Of a DNA stretch of 64,000 bases, positions 41,803 to 48,760 are shown piece by piece (within the stretch, counting starts at the first letter, position 1; every line of letters starts with the position of its first letter). The position numbers and the translations under genes were made by a program. The stretch is taken from contig CACMQB010000005.1 of assembly GCA_902615745.1 (NCBI GenBank), positions 25,991 to 89,990 on the forward strand. Reading direction: 5' to 3'. Source of the DNA: an uncultured Alphaproteobacteria bacterium (GTDB lineage: Bacteria > Pseudomonadota > Alphaproteobacteria > HIMB59 > GCA-002718135). A model generated the notes under the pieces. It was given only the letters and a program-made list of their open reading frames with translations, was not told the DNA's origin and searched no databases.

Positions 41803-42897
41803 TTATATAAAATTATTTAGTACTATGATTCCAATATAACTAACAATTCCAACACAACAAGCTGCAGAAAAACCAACATAAAATGGTCTTATGCCTAAGC
41901 TTTTTAAAGAAACTAAATTTGTACTTATGCCAACGGCTGCCATTGCTATTGCTAAAGAATACTCAGCGATAGATTTAATAATATTGATGATTAATTGCCA
42001 GTTATTATTCGTTAATATTTCAAAAGCTAAATTACTATTTTGAATTCCATAATCTCCAATTGATCTTATAAGACCCATAAGAATAAAACCAATTATGAAA
42101 ATTGGAAACATAGATATTATTGATGGTTTACTATTATTTTCACCAATATTATTTCTTAGATACATATAGCTTATTGCAGGAATGACGATTATCATACTGA
42201 CATTTCTTACTAATTTTGTAATCGTTGCTATATCCATAGTTTTTGGTGAATTGAATTGCTCCGCGTATATCAATCCAGCACCAGCAACTTGAGCTGTTTC
42301 ATGTATTGAAGTTCCAAGAAATAATCCTGATGCTAACTCATCTCCATTAAAAAGATAATAGGCCATAAATGGATAGAGGAACATTGCAATTATTCCAAAT
42401 ATTGTAATATTAGCTATGGCATAAGCAACTTCCTCTTTATCAGCATTAATTGCAGGACTAGTTGCTACAATTGCGGATGCTCCACAAATACTTGTTCCAA
42501 CTGCAATTAATGATCCCATTTTTGAAGAAACATTTAATAACTTGCACAAATAATTTACAACCAAGATTGATAAAATAATACAAGCAACAATTAAAGGTAT
42601 TCCAACTATTCCAACTTTAAAAATATCTAAAAGTCCAAGTCTAATACCAAGACATATTATTCCTAATCTTAGAATAAATTTTAAAGAAAACTTAATTCCT
42701 TCTAATAAAAAATTATTAATATGAAATATATTTCCTATCAAAAGACCAAATATTATTGATAGCATTATTGGTGATATTGGACTTTTTTTTAAATTTAAAA
42801 TTTCTTTTCCGATAAAATCACTTAAGTATATGCCTGTATAAGCAATTACAAAACAAAAGATAATTCCTGGGAATATTTTATATATTGAATTCACCAT
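41803..42897 (-). CDS. YeiH/UPF0324-family putative sulfate exporter-type membrane protein
   Basis: 364 aa with about 10-11 TM segments. The VGTSICGASAIVA and GTSIHETAQVAGAG motifs are typical of the YeiH family. Confidence 0.75.
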   Translation of the reverse strand: MVNSIYKIFPGIIFCFVIAYTGIYLSDFIGKEILNLKKSPISPIMLSIIFGLLIGNIFHINNFLLEGIKFSLKFILRLGIICLGIRLGLLDIFKVGIVGIPLIVACIILSILVVNYLCKLLNVSSKMGSLIAVGTSICGASAIVATSPAINADKEEVAYAIANITIFGIIAMFLYPFMAYYLFNGDELASGLFLGTSIHETAQVAGAGLIYAEQFNSPKTMDIATITKLVRNVSMIIVIPAISYMYLRNNIGENNSKPSIISMFPIFIIGFILMGLIRSIGDYGIQNSNLAFEILTNNNWQLIINIIKSIAEYSLAIAMAAVGISTNLVSLKSLGIRPFYVGFSAACCVGIVSYIGIIVLNNFI

Positions 42898-42948
42898 TTA
42901 AAATATTCTTTATACAAAAAAAATATTTTTTACATATTTATATTAAAC

Positions 42949-43551
42949 TTAGATATTTTTTGCAGTATTCCATTCTTCTTGAGTATTAACATTGAAAAAA
43001 TTCTTTTCTTGGCTTTTATCGAATTCAACAAATTTATATTTGTGTTTTTTAACCCAAAACATAATTTTACTATTTTTTAATTTTAATTCATTTTCTAAAC
43101 TAGTTATTAACGATATATGCCACATTGCTATTACAGGATGATGTCTACTATTTGATCTTGCAATAAATATTTTTATATTTTCATCATATGCCTCTAAAAA
43201 CTTATCTAAAAGATTATCGGGTAAAAATGGGGTATCACTTGGAACAGTAAAAACCCATTCTTTGTTTGTGTAATTTTCTTTAGTCCACAACATAGATGTG
43301 TGAATCCCTGCTAAAGGTCCAACAAAACCTTTGAATCTATCTTCAATTATTGGGTAATCAATTTTCTTAAAACTTTTTAAGTCATTAGCATTTATTATTA
43401 TTTCATTATTATATTTTTTAAGCTTGTTAATTATTTTGTCTAAGATTGTAATGCCATTTATTTTAGCAAAAGCTTTAAATCCACCTCCAAATCTTTTTGA
43501 CTGACCTCCAGCAAGTATGGCAATCAAAATTTTTTTCTTATTTATCTTCAA
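42949..43551 (-). CDS. mobA: Molybdenum cofactor guanylyltransferase
   Basis: 200 aa. N-terminal ILAGGQSKRFGG, then GPLAGI and DTPFLP motifs. Confidence 0.8.
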   Translation of the reverse strand: MKINKKKILIAILAGGQSKRFGGGFKAFAKINGITILDKIINKLKKYNNEIIINANDLKSFKKIDYPIIEDRFKGFVGPLAGIHTSMLWTKENYTNKEWVFTVPSDTPFLPDNLLDKFLEAYDENIKIFIARSNSRHHPVIAMWHISLITSLENELKLKNSKIMFWVKKHKYKFVEFDKSQEKNFFNVNTQEEWNTAKNI

Positions 43552-44356
43552 TTCTATGTTCCCCAGAAAGTGCTAAATATTTTTTTCCTTTTGCCCGTCC
43601 AATAAGTGTTAAATTCGAGCCTCTCGCCAGCTCTACACCCCATGCTGTGAATCCTGATCTAGAAATTAATATTGGAATACCCATTTTTATAGTTTTAATA
43701 ACCATTTCACTTGTTAGTCTTCCTGTGGTGTAAAAAGTTTTATTTGAAGAGCTAATTTTTTTTAAAAACATAAAACCAGCAATTTTATCTACAGCATTAT
43801 GTCTCCCAACGTCTTCCATATAAATCAATGGTTTATTATTATGAATAATGGCACAACCATGTATTGCTCCTGTTTCTAAATATAAGCTAGGTGTTAATGT
43901 AATTTTCTTTGAAATTTCATAAATCCATTTATGTTTAATTTTTTTTTTAGATTTTAATTTTGATTTTTTTATTTCCGCATAGATATCGCCAAATACCGTA
44001 CCTATTGCACAACCACTAGTTGTTATTTTCTTTTTTAGTTTGTTTTCATAATTTGTTTTACGTTTTGTTCGTACAACAACCACACCTAAATCTTTATCAA
44101 TTTCAACTTTTGTAATTATGTCATTTTTCTTAAGCATATTTTGATTTAATAAATACCCAACTGCAAGATATTTTGGGTGATCACTAATAGACATTAGCGT
44201 TACTATCTCTTGATTATTAAGAAAAATTGTAAGAGCTTTTTCATTAATAACTTTAGAAATTATTTTATTCCCTTTCTCATCAAAACCATTTAGTTTTGTA
44301 ATTAAGGACTTATTATTAATATCAGGTGAGACTAAATATTTCTCTTTTTTTGCCAT
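43538..44356 (-). CDS. fdhD: Formate dehydrogenase accessory sulfurtransferase FdhD
   Basis: 272 aa. Conserved EDVGRHNAVDKIAG and the TTGRLTSEMVIK...GIPILISRS core. The loop reads TTSGCAIG (a single Cys). Confidence 0.85.
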   Translation of the reverse strand: MAKKEKYLVSPDINNKSLITKLNGFDEKGNKIISKVINEKALTIFLNNQEIVTLMSISDHPKYLAVGYLLNQNMLKKNDIITKVEIDKDLGVVVVRTKRKTNYENKLKKKITTSGCAIGTVFGDIYAEIKKSKLKSKKKIKHKWIYEISKKITLTPSLYLETGAIHGCAIIHNNKPLIYMEDVGRHNAVDKIAGFMFLKKISSSNKTFYTTGRLTSEMVIKTIKMGIPILISRSGFTAWGVELARGSNLTLIGRAKGKKYLALSGEHRIEDK

Positions 44357-44382
44357 ATGTTGTAATTAAACTAATAATATAA

Positions 44383-45075
44383 ATGAACATATTAGAAATT
44401 TTCACAAATTCCATACTATTAATTATTACTTTAGATAATGAACTATGGGACATTATACTGTTATCATTATTTGTAAGTTTTACCGCCCTAATTATTGCAT
44501 CATTATTAGGGTTTATAGTAGGGTATTATTTTGCAATTTATAATTTTTTTTCCAAAAAAATTATCTTAATAATTATAAACTCATTGATGGGAATTCCTCC
44601 AGTTGTAGTTGGTTTAATTGTTTATTTTATTTTTGCATCAGGTGGACCTTTAGGTATCTTACAACTTCTATACACACCCTCTGCGATGATTATTGCTCAA
44701 ACTATAATAATTTTTCCAATAATTGCTTCATTATCTCATGAGATATTTTCAAAAAATTGGTTTGAATTTAAAGATCAGATAAGATCCTTAAATATTCCCT
44801 TTTGGGGTTCTGTTAAACTTTTATTTAACCATAGTTATTTTTTATTAATAACAACATTATTATCTGCTTTTGGCAGAGCAATTTCAGAAGTTGGTGCAGT
44901 TATGATTGTGGGTGGTAATATTGATCATTATACAAGAGTAATGACAACTGCTATATCTTTAGAAACTAGAATGGGAAATTTAGAATACGCTATGGCATTA
45001 GGTTTAGTGTTAATATCAATAACAATAATTATTTACTCTCTTGTATATTTGTTAAATAATAGATCTATTAAATGA
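44383..45075 (+). CDS. ABC transporter permease, TupB-like (tungstate/molybdate-type); no cognate ATPase or binding protein adjacent
   Basis: 230 aa with 5-6 TM segments. The cytoplasmic-loop motif LSAFGRAISEVGAVMIVGGNI..YTRVMTTAI resembles the TupB/COG4662-type permease signature as I recall it. It is embedded in Moco biosynthesis genes. Confidence 0.6.
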   Translation: MNILEIFTNSILLIITLDNELWDIILLSLFVSFTALIIASLLGFIVGYYFAIYNFFSKKIILIIINSLMGIPPVVVGLIVYFIFASGGPLGILQLLYTPSAMIIAQTIIIFPIIASLSHEIFSKNWFEFKDQIRSLNIPFWGSVKLLFNHSYFLLITTLLSAFGRAISEVGAVMIVGGNIDHYTRVMTTAISLETRMGNLEYAMALGLVLISITIIIYSLVYLLNNRSIK

Positions 45076-45554
45076 AAATAGTAGGAATTGTTGGCTGGAA
45101 GAATTCAGGGAAAACGACTATTGCAACTAAAATTATAAATAAACTTAGCTCTAATAATTTTCGTGTTGCTTCAATTAAACATGCACATCACGAATTTGAT
45201 ATAGATCATGAAAATACAGATAGCTTTAAGCATAGATTAGCAGGATCTTCTCAAGTAATAGTTAGTTCATCGAAGCGATGGGTTAAAATATCAGAGCTCA
45301 ACAATTCAAAAGAAAAAACATTAGATGAATTAATTAATCAACTTTCAGAAATTGATATAGTAATAGTGGAAGGGTTTAAAAATGAAAATCACCCAAAAAT
45401 TGAAATAATTAAAAATGATAATGATAATTACTTATTTACCAAAATTAAAAATATAAAAGCTATTATTACAAATAATAAACTTAAAACTGACTTGAGAATT
45501 TTTAAGAATGACGAAATTGATAATATAGTTGATTTTATTTTGAGAGAATTTTAA
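45072..45554 (+). CDS. mobB: Molybdopterin-guanine dinucleotide biosynthesis adapter protein MobB
   Basis: 160 aa. P-loop VGIVGWKNSGKTT, then IKHAHHEFDID and VIVEGFK. 4-nt overlap with the permease stop. Confidence 0.8.
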   Translation: MKIVGIVGWKNSGKTTIATKIINKLSSNNFRVASIKHAHHEFDIDHENTDSFKHRLAGSSQVIVSSSKRWVKISELNNSKEKTLDELINQLSEIDIVIVEGFKNENHPKIEIIKNDNDNYLFTKIKNIKAIITNNKLKTDLRIFKNDEIDNIVDFILREF

Positions 45555-46768
45555 TGAATAAATCACCTCTAACCAAAAAACAAATTGTTAATTTATTTAA
45601 AAAACAAAAGGTTGTAATTTTTAATTCTGAAAAAGTTAATTTAGAAAATTCTGAGGATAGATTTCTTTACGAAAATATAAAAAGTAAAATAAATTTACCT
45701 CCTTTTAATAATTCTGCTGTAGACGGTTATGCTATTTTAAAAGCAGATTTAAAAACAAAAAAAAATTTTTTTTGTAACAGACGAATAGCTGCTGGAGATA
45801 ACAAAAATATAAAAGTAAAACCTGGTGAAGCCGTCAGAATCTTTACTGGCGCAAAAATGCCTACAAATTCATCAACTATAGTTATGCAGGAAAATACATA
45901 CAAGAAAGGAAATAAAATTCATTTAATTAAAATTCCAAAATTTGGAGATAATTATAGATTAAAGGGTGAAGATATAAAGAAAAACCAAAAAATATTGGAA
46001 AAGGGGTCTAAATTAAATCAACAAAATATAAATTTAATTGCTGCTACTGGTATTAGTAAAATAAAAGTATTTAAAAAAATTAAAATTGGTTTCTTTACAA
46101 GTGGTAATGAATTACGGAAACCAACTAAAAATTTAAAAAATTCTGAAATTAATAATTCAAATTATTATAGTTTAAATAATTTACTTGATAAGAATTTTAT
46201 AGAAAAAAAATATTGTGGAAATCTCAAAGATAATTTTAAATCTATTAAAAATAAAATTTTTAATACTTCAAAAAAATTTAATGTAATAATAACTGCTGGT
46301 GGTGCATCTGTTGGTGATGAAGATCATTTAATTAAAGTTTTATCTGAATTAGGTAAGGTATATTTTTGGAGAGCAGCAATAAAACCAGGAAGACCAATTG
46401 CAGTTGGAAAAATAAATAATTGCTACATAATTTGCTTACCAGGTAATCCAGTTTCTGTTCAATTACTTTATGCAATGTTAGTGAAACCATTAATAGAAAA
46501 ATTATCTGGTGGAAATTTTAAGCTTCCATCTTCAAGTAAAATTACAGCAAATTTTTCTATGAAGAAAAAAACAAAAAGAATGGAGTGGTTACGTGTAAAT
46601 AAAGAAACTATAAATAATAAAAATATTGCGAAAAAATTTCCTAAACAAGGTTCTGGTATGATTAGTTCTATATCCTATTCAGATGGTATAATTGAAATTG
46701 ATGAAAATGTTTCTCAAGTAAAAAAAGGAGATATATTTGATTTTTATAATTATGAAAGTTTATTTTAA
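45554..46768 (+). CDS. moeA: Molybdopterin molybdotransferase
   Basis: 404 aa. PPFNNSAVDGYA, ITAGGASVGDEDH, KPGRPIAVG, LPGNPVS. Confidence 0.85.
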   Translation: MNKSPLTKKQIVNLFKKQKVVIFNSEKVNLENSEDRFLYENIKSKINLPPFNNSAVDGYAILKADLKTKKNFFCNRRIAAGDNKNIKVKPGEAVRIFTGAKMPTNSSTIVMQENTYKKGNKIHLIKIPKFGDNYRLKGEDIKKNQKILEKGSKLNQQNINLIAATGISKIKVFKKIKIGFFTSGNELRKPTKNLKNSEINNSNYYSLNNLLDKNFIEKKYCGNLKDNFKSIKNKIFNTSKKFNVIITAGGASVGDEDHLIKVLSELGKVYFWRAAIKPGRPIAVGKINNCYIICLPGNPVSVQLLYAMLVKPLIEKLSGGNFKLPSSSKITANFSMKKKTKRMEWLRVNKETINNKNIAKKFPKQGSGMISSISYSDGIIEIDENVSQVKKGDIFDFYNYESLF

Positions 46769-47016
46769 TTTTTAATTTTAAATCTATAACGAATTACAAT
46801 TTTATCTTTTATTTTTTCACAACTTAAATATTCATAGTTAGACTGATCACAATAATGTTCAAAGTCTGCTTCAGCCAAAGGATCAGTTGCAATAATTTTA
46901 ATAATTGTATCTTTGTTTAATTCTGATGCAAGTTTTCTAGCCTTAAGCACTGGTATAGGACATTCTGTACCACTAGTATCAAGAACTAATTCTTCATTTT
47001 CAACTGAATCTTTCAT
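46765..47016 (-). CDS. TusA-like sulfurtransferase (SirA/YedF family)
   Basis: 83 aa. LDTSGTECPIPVLKARK contains the CP.P active-site motif of TusA-family proteins. Confidence 0.75.
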   Translation of the reverse strand: MKDSVENEELVLDTSGTECPIPVLKARKLASELNKDTIIKIIATDPLAEADFEHYCDQSNYEYLSCEKIKDKIVIRYRFKIKN

Positions 47017-47056
47017 AGTTTTCTGATACTTAATATATAGTATAATATTAATTTGA

Positions 47057-48760
47057 ATGGATAAATTTGTTTCTCAAACAGAAATTTCTTTAAAAAAGAA
47101 GAAAAGACGTTGGACTCCAAAAGGAAGACAAGTCGAAGATAAATATTTAGATGAAGTTTCTAAATTGTTTTCAAGATTAATATTTAAGCGAGATGAATTA
47201 ATAGAATATTTGCATATATTACAGGATAAATTTGGTGTTTTGTACGATAAGCATTTAGTAGCTTTATCAACTATTATTAATTTACCACTTTCTGAAATTT
47301 ATGAAGTTGCAACTTTTTATGCTCACTTTAATATAGTTAAAGATAGTAAAGATTATAACCCAGTGAACGTTGTAAGGGTTTGTGAAAGTTTAACTTGTGA
47401 ATTATTTGGCGCACACAAATTACTTCAAGAAATAAAAGAATTAGAAAATAAAAATATAAAAGTCGTACCTGGGCCATGCATGGGAAGATGCAATGTTGCT
47501 CCTACTGTTTGCGTAGGAAAAAATTATGTTGATGTGGCTAATTTTGATAAAGTTAAAAAAACAATTGATGAAAAAAATTTTGACCCCTTCATTCCAGATT
47601 ATATAAATTTATCTTCTTATAAAAAAAAAGGCGGTTATGAAATTGCGAAAAAAATAAAAAATGGTGTGATCTCAAAAAAACAAGTTTTGGATTCTTTAAA
47701 TGAAAGTGGATTGAAAGGTAAGGGTGGCGCTGGATTTCCTACAGGAAAAAAATGGGAAATTGTTTCAAATTACAATGGTAAAAAATATGTTGCTGTTAAT
47801 GGTGATGAAGGTGAGCCAGGAACATTTAAAGATAGGTCATATTTAGAAAGTGACCCACATAGATTTTTAGAAGGAGCTTTAATTGCATCCTATTTTATAA
47901 ATGCTCAAAAAGTTTATATTTATATGAGAGATGAATATCCAACAGTTATAAAAATTTTACTTGATGAAATAAATAAAATGGAAGATGAAAAAATAATTCC
48001 AAAAAACTTTTTCATAGTGAGAAGAGGGGCAGGAGCCTATATTTGTGGAGAAGAGTCAGCAATGATAGAAAGTATTGAAGGCAAGAGAGGATTGCCAAGG
48101 CATAGACCGCCTTATGTGGCTGAAATCGGTTTATTTGGATGTCCTACTTTAACAAATAATTTAGAAACTCTTTTTTGGGTAAGAGACATAATTGAAAAAG
48201 GAGCAAAGTGGTTTGCTGAAAAGGGTTCCAATGGAAATAAGGGTTTTCATAGTTTTTCAGTATCTGGAAGAGTAAAGAACCCAGGAGTAAAAGTTGCCCC
48301 AGCCGGTATAACAATTCAACAATTAATTGATAAGTATTGTGATGGTATGGCAGATGGACATACTTTTAAAGGATATCTTCCAGGAGGTGCATCAGGCGGT
48401 ATCCTACCAGCTACTATGAATGATATTCCACTTGATTATGGATCAAAAGAATTAATGGATGCAGGATGTTTTTTAGGTTCAGCGGCAGTAGTTGTATTGT
48501 CGGATCATGATAATATGAAAGATGTTGCACTTAATTTACTAAAATTTTTTGAAGAGGAAAGTTGTGGTCAATGTACACCATGCCGTTCCGGTACGGAGAA
48601 AACTGTAAAATTAATGCAAGAAAAAAATTGGAACAAGGAAAAATTAAAAGATTTAAGTGAAGTTATGGCTCAAGCATCGATATGTGGTTTAGGACAAGCT
48701 GCAACAAACCCATTAAATTCTGTTTTAAAATATTTTAGCAATGAAATAACTTATGACTAA
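47057..48760 (+). CDS. fdsB: NAD-dependent formate dehydrogenase diaphorase subunit, fused FdsG (NuoE-like) + FdsB (NuoF-like)
   Basis: 567 aa. The N-terminal NuoE-like thioredoxin-fold part has Cys ligands (CESLTC...CMGRC). The NuoF-like part has GKGGAGFPTGKKW (FMN/NADH site), YICGEESAMIESIEG, and the 4Fe-4S ESCGQCTPCR. Confidence 0.85.
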   Translation: MDKFVSQTEISLKKKKRRWTPKGRQVEDKYLDEVSKLFSRLIFKRDELIEYLHILQDKFGVLYDKHLVALSTIINLPLSEIYEVATFYAHFNIVKDSKDYNPVNVVRVCESLTCELFGAHKLLQEIKELENKNIKVVPGPCMGRCNVAPTVCVGKNYVDVANFDKVKKTIDEKNFDPFIPDYINLSSYKKKGGYEIAKKIKNGVISKKQVLDSLNESGLKGKGGAGFPTGKKWEIVSNYNGKKYVAVNGDEGEPGTFKDRSYLESDPHRFLEGALIASYFINAQKVYIYMRDEYPTVIKILLDEINKMEDEKIIPKNFFIVRRGAGAYICGEESAMIESIEGKRGLPRHRPPYVAEIGLFGCPTLTNNLETLFWVRDIIEKGAKWFAEKGSNGNKGFHSFSVSGRVKNPGVKVAPAGITIQQLIDKYCDGMADGHTFKGYLPGGASGGILPATMNDIPLDYGSKELMDAGCFLGSAAVVVLSDHDNMKDVALNLLKFFEEESCGQCTPCRSGTEKTVKLMQEKNWNKEKLKDLSEVMAQASICGLGQAATNPLNSVLKYFSNEITYD

